Part shown: positions 11,225 through 21,261 of the stretch, one piece after another
How the letters are laid out: each line of letters begins with the position of its first letter
Position numbering within the stretch: the stretch's first letter is position 1
DNA from: an uncultured Actinomycetes bacterium
GTDB lineage: Bacteria > Actinomycetota > Acidimicrobiia > Spongiisociales > DATADW01
Length of the DNA: 64,000 nt
Assembly (NCBI GenBank): GCA_963824995.1
Contig: CAWGRK010000002.1
Coordinates: 124,001-188,000, forward strand
Direction: 5' to 3'
The notes under the pieces: model-generated
Database searches by the model: none
Told to the model about the DNA's origin: nothing
Seen by the model: only the letters and a program-made list of their open reading frames with translations
Program-made: the position numbers and the translations under genes

Positions 11225-12327
11225 CTATGGATTTTCCGTTCCCCGCGCAGGGGGGAAGGGACCCGCTGCGGAGCGAGTGGGTAGGGGGCTGCCGAACTCC
11301 CAACGGTGCTCGACCAGCGGCTTCCGCACCTCTGGGAGTGAACCGTTCCCCGCTCCGAGGCCTTTGGCGTCGGGTACTCCCCCAGCTGGGGAGAGGAAAT
11401 CAGGAGGGCTGGGACGGCTAGCGCGATCCGCGACCTCGGCAGCCCACGCGGTGACGACTTCTTGCACGCGGTCCTGGGTGTCGGTGCGGTCCATCCCGTG
11501 GACAGAGCCGGGGACGACTTCTAGCCGGATCTTGTCGGTGTGACTGTCGAGGATCTCACCCAGACGGCCCTGGCGCGCTTCGGTGAACTCGTCGTAGTCG
11601 TTCTCCTCGTCCCCGTAGACGAACAGCACGGGGATGCCACGGTCGGCCAGCCACGCCAGTTGGTCGAGCATCGGCCTGCTCACCCACGGCACGGGATCGA
11701 CGGTGACACCGCGTCTCTGTTGGACCCGGCGCTTGGCGGCCCCGACCCGGATCTTGACAAAGGAGCGAGCCAGTCGCAGATAGCGACGTCGCTCGGCCGG
11801 GTCGGAGAGGGCGCTCCAGCGGAACTTGCCCAAGCCGCGGCGCGGAGGTACCCGGCGGTTCCAGGTCGTAGGCGAGCCGGTTGGCGCCGCCCTCGCCACG
11901 GGCATGGTCCCGGACCGGCGGGGAAACGAGTGCCACTCCGACGAGACCTTCCACCCGTGGTGCGATGGCGAGAGCGGTGCGCGGCCCCGAAGCAGTGGCC
12001 GACGAGGACCTGTCGCTCCCAGCCTTCCGACCTGGCCATGCTCCACCAGCGCCAGAGCGTCATCAGCGAAAGGCTGATCGAGGGCAAAGTTGCCCGCCCG
12101 TCCCGAACTGTCCCCGATGCCGTGCCAGTCGAAGCGGATCGCAGCGAAACCGGAGTCCGCCAGACTCCGGGTGAGCCTGGTGCCCCACCCATTTCGTTGC
12201 GGCGAGAACGTGTAGCCGCCCGCCGGTAGCAGGGTGGCGACTGTCCGTGGCACGGCTCAACCGGCAGAGCGACGACCCCGAAGAGATCTTCGCCGCCGGA
12301 CTCGACGAAGAAGGGCTGCTCGATCAC
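11225..12327 (-). CDS. Alpha/beta-hydrolase, Cys-nucleophile type (like exosortase-A-associated hydrolase 1); conserved part ends near 11420
   Basis: EQPFFVESGGEDLFGVV, AIRFDWHGIGDSSG, elbow LVGHCFGA, PVLFVYGDEE, VHG. Confidence 0.8.
11241..11396 (+). repeat. Dispersed ~150-bp palindromic REP/MITE-like element, copy 1
   Basis: cccc..gcaggggggaagggacccgctgcggagc.gtgggtagggggctgccgaactcccaacggtg...cctctgggagtgaacc...gcgtcgggtactccccc; matches copies at 22548 and 29157. Confidence 0.85.
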
Positions 12328-13173
12328 GACAACGTCTCCAACCATTCGGAAGTGATCCGAAGAAGCTCGACGGTGAGGGGCTTGTCGTCCTCCTCGCGGA
12401 AGAGGTCGCCACCGGGGTTGGCCCACCAGACCTCTGCGTCCCCGGTGGGACGGGCGGTGACGGTGAACCCGTTCTCGGAGAGCTCATCGGCCAGCCGTGC
12501 CAGCTCGCCGCGCAGTCCATCAGGACCGCCGGCCTGCGCCAGCAGGACGGGTCGCGGCTCGTCGCCGATGAGCGTGCTCAGCTGAGCCGTCTCCAGGCTG
12601 GCGCTCAGCGCGGCGTAGACCCTCTCCCCGAGCACGTCGGCCGATCCCTCGGGAGGCGAGCACCTCCCGGAGCGGTGGTGGACGCTCATCCCCGGTTCGG
12701 GTGATGGCCCTCGCCATGGCGGAGCGCTCCGCCTCACGCATGTAGGCAGACCCCTTGACCAGCGGTTGCCACAGGGCGAGACCGGCTGCCTTCTCCTCCG
12801 ACAGCCACGGCGGCGGCGACCAGTCCTCCGACCCTGGTCCCGAGGACGACCAACGGCACGCCCCCCACCCGTTGCTGGAGGTGGTGGACGGCGGCGATCC
12901 CGTCTTCGATCATCGTGTCCAGAGCGAGGCGCCCGGGCTCCCCGGCACTGTTGCCGGTGCCGCGGTAGTGGAATCGCTCGACTGCGGCGCCGGCGCTTGC
13001 CAGCCGGCGGCTCAGCAGCACCTCGCGGCGATAGTTGCGCTGCATCTCGGCGTGGAGCGGACTGCAGACCAGCACCCCAAGCGGGGGCGCTCTGGATGAC
13101 GTGGACCAACCAGAACCGGTCATCGTCGAAGCCGGCCTCTTCGGTGATGTCGGTTGTCGGGTCTCGTCGCCAT
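12324..13173 (-). CDS. Alpha/beta-hydrolase-fold protein with Arg at the nucleophile elbow (like exosortase-A-associated hydrolase 2)
   Basis: GVLVCSPLHAEMQRNYRREVLLSRRLA, RFHYRGTGNSAG, VLGTRVGG. Confidence 0.8.
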
Positions 13174-13198
13174 GGTCTCGTCGCCACGGCCGAGGTCT

Positions 13199-14132
13199 TC
13201 AGCGTCGATCCGTAACGGCGGTGGGCACTCTTGCCCTGATCCAATCGGTCGTCAGCGCGAGAAACCGGTCCTGGACATCGATCCCGAGGAAGCCGTGAAC
13301 CACGCCCGGGCAGGTCGTCGATCACTTCGATCAGGTCACCTGCCCGCTCCAAGATGGAGCCGAGCCGTCCGGCGGACGCCCGTTGCCATTCGCCGAGAAG
13401 CGGGTCCTTGTCGCCGAACACGACGAGCACGGGAACGTCGTTCTGCACCATGGTGTCGAGCGGATCGAGGAACATCGGGCTCACCCATCGCAGGGTTGGG
13501 TCGCCTCCCACCGGCCGGCGTGCCCCACGAAGCTTGGAACGGGCGAATCGGCTGTAGGCCTGGCGATGCGACGGCCGTGCCAGGTTGGCGAGGGTCTCCA
13601 GCCGAGCCGCCTTCCTGACGAAGTCCGACCACGACCACTCACGCGAGAGCCGCTCGGCCATGGCATCGTCCCGCCCGTACCCGGCCACAGGCGGTGTGGC
13701 CATGACCACGGCGCGGACCCCGCCGATGAGTGGCGCTGACGATAGGGCGGTACGGGCGCTGAAACAGGCGCCGATAAGCACCAGGTCGTCGATCCCGAGC
13801 TGGTGCATCACCTCGGCCGCCGCCACGGCGTCCTCGGTGAAGGGGTTGTGGAGGTGCAGAGTGCCCCAATGTCACCGGAGCTCTCGCCGAGACCGTGGAA
13901 GTCGAAGCGGAGACACGTATAGCCATCGGCGGCGAGGCTACGCGCCAGCCTCGACAGCGAGCCGATTGCGGTGGAGCGAGACATTGACGGTGTCGCCGCC
14001 CTGTATGAGGAGGACACCGACCCCGTTGCCTGGTCCCTCGGGCTCGGTCAGCACACCGAACAGGTTGTTCCCATCGGCGGGAAAGAAGACGGGACGTTCG
14101 AGCACACCGGTGGAGAGCAATGCCCCCGTCAT
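13199..14132 (-). CDS. Alpha/beta-hydrolase, Cys-nucleophile type (hydrolase 1-like)
   Basis: ERPVFFPADGNNLFGVLTEP, LRFDFHGLGESSG, LIGACFSA, PVLVVFGDKD, VHGF. Confidence 0.8.
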
Positions 14133-15041
14133 GCATCCACCCCGAAAGTGGCGGCCAGCCACCGCTCGGTGCGACCGACCACGTCGGTGTTCAGAGCAAG
14201 CTCGCGGTCGGGGGTGAGGGCATCCACGTCTACGTGGAGCCACCAGGCCTCGTCAAATGGCATCTGTTCGACCGTGGGGGTGCCTCCTCGTTGCTCCAGA
14301 TCGGCGACGAAGCGAGCGAAGCTCGCGGCGGATCCCCGCACGCTGACCGAACTGAACGAGGAGCACGTCGTGATCTGCTGGCTGCTCGATCTTGAGATCA
14401 CTGCCGTTCCAGGTCGTCCTTGAGAGTGCCACCAATCGAGAAGCCCATGATCGGGAACGAGCCATGCCGGGCGAGGTGTTCCTCCGATCTCTTCGACCAC
14501 TGGGGGAGCCTCGTCACTCGGATCCCTGGCGCATCCCGACCATGAGGCGGACCCGCATCAACTCCTTTAGGTAAGCCGCGACCCGAAACCACCGGCTCCC
14601 ACAACGCGAGAGGAGAGCCGGGTAAGCCCGGCTGCGACCTCGGTTGCAGCAAGCGAGCCGAGTCTGGTGGCGAGGAAACCGATCCGGTCCGCGTCCGAGG
14701 TATCTCTAGGGCGGTTGCGACCGCGGCAGTGTCCGCGGTCATGCCGTCGATGCTCACGTCGCCGAACATCGCCGTCGCTGTTTCCCGGTGCCGATGTAGT
14801 GGAAGCGAGCCACTGCCAGCTTCTGGCTGGCGAGGCGGCGCGCCAGCATCACTTCGCGCCTGTTGTTCTTGAGCAATTCGGATTGGATCGGGCTACACAC
14901 CACCACGGCGCCCTGCGCCGGTTCGGCAGGAAGGTGCGTGACCATGAACAAGGCGCCCCGGTCGGTCTCGATGAAGCAGGCCTCGGCCCGGGAGCCATCC
15001 TCCTCGAGCATGGTCGTCTCGATCGACCTCACCTCCATCAT
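14129..15041 (-). CDS. Alpha/beta-hydrolase-fold protein with Arg elbow (hydrolase 2-like)
   Basis: AVVVCSPIQSELLKNNRREVMLARRLA, RFHYIGTG.SDG, GFLATRLGS, LALWEPVVSG. Confidence 0.8.
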
Positions 15042-15250
15042 GCATTCGACCTCGGGTGCCGCGCTCCTCGCCCAGGTGGGCCGCGACGGGTTGCAGGAGT
15101 GTACGGATGACCGGGCGTGACCCGGTGTCAGGTCAAATATCGGCTGACTCAGGTCGATACTGCAGCGCGAACGATGGGTCCTGCCCGCCGGTACCATCGT
15201 CCCTCCACGGCGCGGAACACCGCGACCGAGACCCCCTCGGAAGAATGCTC

Positions 15251-15489
15251 ATGACCTCGACTGCTCACACGATCCGCCTTTACATCTCCGAAGAGCTCGC
15301 TCCTGGGTCGGATGATCGACGACGACACGTCGCTGATCACGTCCGAGATCATCGACTCGATGGGGGTGCTGACACTCATCGGGTTCCTCGAAGAGGAGTT
15401 CGGCGTCGAGATCAACGCCGACGATGTCGACCTCTCGCACTTCGAGAATGTTGCCGGGATCAGCCCGCCTCGTCGAGGAACGCCGGTGA
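15251..15489 (+). CDS. Acyl/aminoacyl carrier protein (DltC-like), 2 indels
   Basis: About 78 aa and acidic: IDDDTSLITSEIIDSMGVLTLIGFLEEEFGVEINADDVDLSHFENVAGI; DSM carries the phosphopantetheine Ser. Confidence 0.85.
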
Positions 15490-16420
15490 CCGAACCTGAA
15501 TTCGAATCGACTCTGCGGTCGCTCGAGGCGGCGGCTCGGCCTCCGAAGGGACACGGTCCGTTGGTCGCAGGTACCGGGCGGATCATGGGCCAAACGGGCG
15601 GTGCGCTCTTTGCAGCGCACCGAGATCGTGTCGTCGGACGCGATCCGCTGGGCCATGGCGAGAGGATGGATGCAGCCCCCGGCCAATTTGCCCGACTTCC
15701 TCGGGATCGGTGCAGCCAAGACCGGAACCACCTGGCTCCACCACAACCTGCGGGCGCATCCTGATCTGCACCTCCCCGACGTGAAGGAGGTCCACTACTT
15801 CGACGGCCGCTGGCACAAGTCGCCCCACTGGTATGCAGGGCACTTCGCCGCTGGTGCCGGGAAGATCAAGGGGCGAGATCACCCCTGCCTACTCGTTGCT
15901 GCCACCGAAGCGGGTGGCAGCGGTGCGGCGACTCCTGCCCGATGCCCGCCTGATCCTCGTCGTCCGTGACTCCCGTCGACACGGTGTGGTCGCACGCCGT
16001 GATGAAGCTGGCCAGGGAGCAGGGCGAGGAAGCCGAACTGACGTCCCCACCGACGAGTACCGGGAGTTCTTCGGCCGACCCTCGACCCGGAGCAACGTGG
16101 ATTACACCGCCATGATCGAGCGGTGGCGGACCAGTACCCGTCCGATCGGCTGCTCGTGGTCTCCAACGACGAGGTGCGGGATCGCCCCCTCGAGCTGTTG
16201 ACCCGGGTATTCGCCCACCTCGGCGTCTCGGTCCCCCATGACTGGAGCAGTTACCCCGCTGGTTCGGTCATCGACCGCGGTGTCGGCGGAGGGGCCGATG
16301 TGGTTGGGCGGCAGCGTCCCGACGCCATCCCCGACGAGCATCGTCGAGCGCTCGATGACCTGTACGCCCCGGAAACTGCAGGCGTTCCATCACCTGCTCG
16401 AAGCGGATGCCGAGCGCTGA
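15486..16420 (+). CDS. PAPS-dependent sulfotransferase (Sulfotransfer_1/3)
   Basis: LPDFLGIGAAKTGTTWL (5'-PSB), KEVHYFD, GEITPAY, LILVVRD; GTGA overlap with the ACP stop. Confidence 0.9.
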
Positions 16421-16443
16421 TCGATGTGCGTGGTCTTGTCGGA

Positions 16444-16543
16444 ATGCCGACCCGGGTCCTGATCGTCATCGCCCTCGCTGGCGGCGCTGGTGATCCTCGC
16501 CGCCGGCGCCGTGTGGTTCGCATTCGTGCTCGGTTCCGCATGA
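16444..16543 (+). CDS. Putative ~32-aa single-TM small protein (needs one indel correction)
   Basis: MPTRVLIVIAL + LAALVILAAGAVWFAFVLGSA*. Confidence 0.35.
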
Positions 16544-16545
16544 TC

Positions 16546-16597
16546 GCCAACCCAGGGCTGGGGAGTACCGGGGCGGTAGCTGCCAACCCTGGGTTCG
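16546..16597 (+). repeat. 52-bp element with AACCC(A/T)GGG boxes at both ends, copy A
   Basis: gccaacccagggctggggagtaccggggcggtagctgccaaccctgggttc; similar to the reverse complement of 43660-43712. Confidence 0.6.
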
Positions 16598-16752
16598 ATG
16601 GTGTGGGGGCCGTTCGAACCCGGATCGGTAGTCCAACGGGTGTGGTCGTTTCGCTCAGATGGAGAACTCGACCGATGAGGTGGATCGGCGCGCCTCGGCC
16701 TGCCAGGGTGAAGTGCGCGCGCGATGGCGGGGAGCGTCCCAAGGAGGACGGG

Positions 16753-17567
16753 ATGAAGGTTGTCCTTTTCTGCGGCGGGTTTGGGCACTCGCCTGCGCGA
16801 CTACTCCGATGCGATCCCGAAGCCGATGGTGCCGATCGGCCCACGGCCGATCCTGTGGCATCTGATGAGGTATTACGCCCACTTCGGGCACACCGAGTTC
16901 ATTCTGTGCCTCGGCTACAAGAGCCAGGTGATCAAGGAGTACTTCCTCGACTACCGCGAGTGGGTCTCCAACGACTTCGTCTTGTCTGAAGGGGGACAGC
17001 GACATCCAGTTGCTCAGCCGTGACATCGACGAGTGGAAGATCACATTCGCCGAGACCGGGATCAGTTCGAGCATCGGCGAGCGGCTCAAGGCGGTGGAGC
17101 CCTACCTCGACGACGAGGAGGTCTTCCTGGCCAACTACTCCGACGGACTGACCGACCTCGACCTGAGCGCTTACGTCGACACCTTCCTCGCCCAACCCGA
17201 CAAGGTTGCCGGGTTCCTCGCCGTCCATTCCACCCAGTCGTTCCATGTGACCGACGTCGCAGAGAACGGCGAGGTGAGGTCGATCGATCCGCTGAGCAAG
17301 TCCGACCTCTGGGTCAATGGCGGTTACTTCATCTTCCGTAAGGAGATCTTCAAGCATCTCCACGAGGGCGAGGATCTCGTGTTCGAACCGTTCCAGCGAC
17401 TCATCGCTGAGCGCAAGCTGTGGGCGCACCGCTATCGCGGCTTCTGGACGGCGATGGACACCTTCAAGGACCGCCAGGCGCTCGAAGAGGGCTACGGAGC
17501 GGGGGATGCCCCCTGGGAGGTCTGGAAACAACCGTCCTCCCGAGCCGAGTTGAGCTCCAGGTGTTGA
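16753..17567 (+). CDS. rfbF: Glucose-1-phosphate cytidylyltransferase
   Basis: MKVVLFCGG.GTRLRDYSDAIPKPMVPIGPRPILWHLMRYYAHFGH.EFILCLGYK, NYSDGL, VNGGYF, FWTAMDTFKD; AAGGAGG RBS. Confidence 0.93.
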
Positions 17568-18216
17568 AGGTTGGGGCGGCGTCGCTCGGCGCCCAGATCC
17601 GGCGGGTGCTCTGTCTTAGGAGCGCACAGTGACGACATCGAGATCGGGTGCGGTGGAACGGTGCTGCAACTCGTCGAGTCGTGCCCCGGCATCGAGGTCG
17701 ACTGGGTGGTCCTCACCGCCCCCGGCGAACGGTCCGACGAGGCACGGCCAGCGCCGAGCGGTTTCTCGGCAGGTGCCGGTGTCACCCGGGTCCGGGTGGA
17801 GAACTTCCGCGAGCGCTACTTCCCCCACCAGCCGGAGCTCAAGGAGTGGTTCGACGAACTCGGCCGGGAGATCGAGCCCGATCTGGTGATGTGCCCCTGG
17901 CGTGGCGACGCCCACCAGGACCATCGCACCGTCTCCGAACTCGTTGGCAACACGTTCCGCGACCAATTGGTGCTCGAGTACGAGATCCCCAAGTTCGACG
18001 GCGACCTCGGCCGACCTTCTGTATTATGTCCATCTCGAGGAGCGGCATGCCGAGGGGAAGTTGGCGGGGATCATCGACGGGTTCCCCAGCCAGAAGCGGC
18101 GCGAGTGGTTCACCGAGGAAACCTTCAGGGCGCTGCTCCGGTTGCGTGGGATCGAGAGCCGCGCTCCCTCCGGGATGGCAGAAGCCTTCCACTGCATGAA
18201 GATGGTGTTGTTGTGA
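17561..18216 (+). CDS. PIG-L/LmbE family deacetylase
   Basis: VLCLGAHSDDIEIGCGGT, DAHQDH, LEYEIPKFDGDLG, FPSQKRREWF, AEAF. Confidence 0.9.
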
Positions 18217-19346
18217 CCCTTGCTGCCACCGATATGGCATCCGAAGTCGTCTCCGCCGATCTGGCGATGATGGGTGCCGACCTCGACGAAGTCTTCTCGG
18301 CGATGTCTGGGGAGCGGCTCCTCATCACCGGGGGCGCCGGTTTCCTCGGCTACTACCTGGTCCAGGCGCCGCTCGCCTGGAACGCCGCCAACCCCGACAA
18401 GGCCCCCATCTCGGTGACGGTGTTCGACAACTACTTCCGGGGTGTCCCCGGCTGGCTTGGCGAAGCTCGAGGGTCGTGAACGGGTTGGAGTTGCGCACCC
18501 ACGACATGCGTCTTCCGCTCCCCGAGGACATGGGGGACTTCGAGTGGGTCATCCACGCCGCCGGCGTCGCCTCGCCCACCTACTACCGGGCACATCCGAT
18601 CGAAACGATGGATGCCAACATCAACGGGCTGCGCAACCTGCTCGACAAGGCGGTGGCGCAGACTGAGGCGGGGACCCCGGTGCGGGGGTTCCTCTTCTTC
18701 TCATCCTGCGAGATCTACGGCGACCCGGTGGCTGAGGCCATCCCCACTCCGGAGACTTATCGGGGCAACGTCTCCTGTACCGGTCCCCGCGCCTGTTACG
18801 ACGAGTCGAAGCGCTACGGCGAGACGCTGTGCGTCAACTTCGCCCAGCAGCACGGGACTCCCGGTGACGGTGGCACGGCCCTTCAACAACTACGGGCCGG
18901 GGATGAAGATCACCGACGGCAGGGTGATCGCCGACCTGGCGCGCAACATGATCGCCGGGCATGACCTGGTCCTCTACTCCGACGGATCGCCGACCAGGAC
19001 CTTCTGCTACGTGGCCGACGCCGTCACCGGCTACTTCCTGGCACTCGGGAAGGGCGGCGCCGGGCGAGCCATACAACGTCGGCATCGACGGACCTGAGAC
19101 CTCGATGGCCGATCTCGCCGAGACAACGTGGCCAGGCTGGGCCGCGAGCTGTTCGGATACCAGGGGAAGGTCGTCCTCGGGGAGAGCCCCGAGAAGGAAT
19201 ACCTGATCGACAACCCCAATCGACGCAGCCCCGACATCACCAAGGCCCGCACCCAGCTCGGGTTCGACCCCAAGGTCGACCTCGAGGAGGGGCTGCGACG
19301 GACCCTGCTCTGGTACGGCGGCAACTCCGGTGGAGAGGAAGCATGA
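18213..19346 (+). CDS. UDP-glucuronate decarboxylase-like NAD-dependent epimerase/dehydratase
   Basis: LITGGAGFLG, HAAGVASPTYY, SSCEIYGDP, GNVSCTGPRACYDESKRYGE, RPFNNYGPG, DGSPTRTFCYV, RRSPDITKA. Confidence 0.88.
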
Positions 19347-20719
19347 ACAAGACGGAAGACGGAAGACGGAAGACGGAAGAGGCGTCCGCGGTCAAGGTCG
19401 CCGTCATCGGGACGGGATACGTCGGGCTGGTGAGCGCCGCCGGCCTTGCCGAACATGGGTCACGACGTGACCTGCGTCGACATCGACCCGGAGCGGGTCG
19501 CCATGGTGGAACGCGGCGAAGCGCCCATCCACGAACCGGGGTTGGATGAGCTCCTCACCGCCAACTCCGAGAGGATCCACGCCACCACCGATCTCGCCGT
19601 CGGCGGTCGGCGCCGCCGATCTGACTCTGATCTGCGTCGGCACCCCATCGCGCCCCGACGGGAGCATCGACCTCTCCTTTGTGGAGCGCGCCGCTCGCCA
19701 AGTGGGCGAGGCCCTGGCTGGGGAGACCCGGTTCCACGCCGTGGTGGTGAAGAGCACGGTCGTGCCCGGCAGCACCGACGACGGTTGTCCTTCCGGCGGT
19801 GGAAGAGGCCTCGGGGAGGTCGGTCGGGGTGGACATCGGGGTGGGTGTCAACCCCGAGTTCCTCACCGAGGGACAGGCGGTGGACGACTTCCTCCGACCC
19901 GATCGCATCGTCATCGGAGGTGACGCCGGCACGGTCGAGGTGCTCCGCCGTCTCTACGCCCCGTTCTCCGGGGTGCCCGTCATCGCCACCTCGACGCGCA
20001 ACGCCGAGATGATCAAGTACGCCTCGAACGCCCTGCTCGCCACCGCCATCTCCTTCGCCAACGAGATCGCCGACCTGGGCTCGGCCATCGGGGATGTCGA
20101 CGTGGCCGAGGTGATGGCGGGGGTGCACGCGTCGCGCTATCTGACCACCTCTCTTCCCAACGGCGAACGGGTCCGCGCCGGTCTCGCTCCCTACCTCGAG
20201 GCCGGTTGCGGGTACGGGGGTAGCTGTCTTCCCAAGGACGTTGCCGCTCTGACCTCGCGCGGCAGGTCGGCGGGTCTTCGCCGTGCCGCTGTTGACCGCG
20301 GTCGCCGAGGTCAACCGGCAGCGAGCCGACCGGTTGGTCGACATGGTGTCCGACGAGCTCGATGGGCTGGAGGGGCGGAAGGTCACCGTGCTCGGCCTCG
20401 CCTTCAAACCCGACACCGACGACATCAGGGAGTCGCCGGCGTTCCCCGTCCTGCGCTTGCTGCTCGAAGCCGGGGCCGAGGTCACCGTCCACGACCCGGT
20501 GGTCGGTCCGGCGGCGATCGCCGACTTTCCCGGCGTGGAGCACACGCACGACCTGGAGACGGCGGTCAAGGGGGCCGATGCCGTCGTGATCGTGACCCGG
20601 TGGAACGACTACCTCGACCTCCCCGGCCTGGTGGGCGAGCCTGCCGCCGCTGGTGGTCGACGGGCGACGGATGCTGGACCGCAGATTCGGTTGCCCGCTA
20701 TCGAGGGATCGGTCGGTGA
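19343..20719 (+). CDS. ugd: UDP-glucose/GDP-mannose 6-dehydrogenase
   Basis: KVAVIGTGYVGL, ICVGTP, VVKSTVVPG, NPEFLTEG, AEMIKYASN, GYGGSCLPKD, LGLAFKPDTDDIRESP. Confidence 0.93.
19347..19381 (+). repeat. GGAAGAC 7-bp tandem array inside the first codons of ugd
   Basis: atgaacaagacggaagacggaagacggaagacggaagag. Confidence 0.92.
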
Positions 20720-21261
20720 GGTTCACCCCGACCGAGGTCGAGGGCGTGGTCCTGGTCGAGGTCGACCGGATCAGCGACGACAGGGGCTTCTTCGCCCGCA
20801 GCTGGGACGGGGCCGAATTCGCCGCCGAGGGGCTCGAGGCTGCGTGGGTGCAGGCCAACGTCGGGTTCAGCATCAAGGCCGGGACTCTCCGTGGCATGCA
20901 CTATCAGCGAGCACCGCACGCCGAGGTGAAGCTGGTGCGGTGCACCATGGGAGCGGTGTGGGACGTGGCTCTCGACCTGCGCCCTGAGTCGCCCACCTAC
21001 CTGCGGTCGGTCGGAGCGGAGCTGACCGCCGAGAACCGTTCCGCGCTGTGGATCCCGGAGGGATGCGCCCACGGGTACCAGACACTGGTGGACGAGAGCG
21101 AGATCACCTATTTCACCTCGACCCCCTTCGTCAAGGAGGCCGCCACCGGGGCAGGCACCGATGACCCCGCCTTCGGGATCACCTGGCCGCTGCCGGTCTC
21201 GGTCATCAGTTATCAGGATCGGAGCTGGCCATTGTGGGAGCCGGCTCCCAAGGAGGCATGA
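20716..21261 (+). CDS. rfbC: dTDP-4-dehydrorhamnose 3,5-epimerase family
   Basis: DDRGFFAR, GTLRGMHYQ, EVKLVRC, DVALDLRPESPTY, IPEGCAHGYQTL, DDPAFGITWP. Confidence 0.93.
   Translation: MRFTPTEVEGVVLVEVDRISDDRGFFARSWDGAEFAAEGLEAAWVQANVGFSIKAGTLRGMHYQRAPHAEVKLVRCTMGAVWDVALDLRPESPTYLRSVGAELTAENRSALWIPEGCAHGYQTLVDESEITYFTSTPFVKEAATGAGTDDPAFGITWPLPVSVISYQDRSWPLWEPAPKEA

Noticed and set aside
11241..11396. tRNA or known riboswitch in the palindromic element
   Set aside because: There is no cloverleaf, T-loop or CCA and no riboswitch consensus that I recognise; it behaves as a dispersed repeat.
19460..20897. Long antisense ORFs (here and opposite many other genes)
   Set aside because: These are expected shadows of high-GC codon bias, with Arg/Pro/Ser-rich translations and no motifs.
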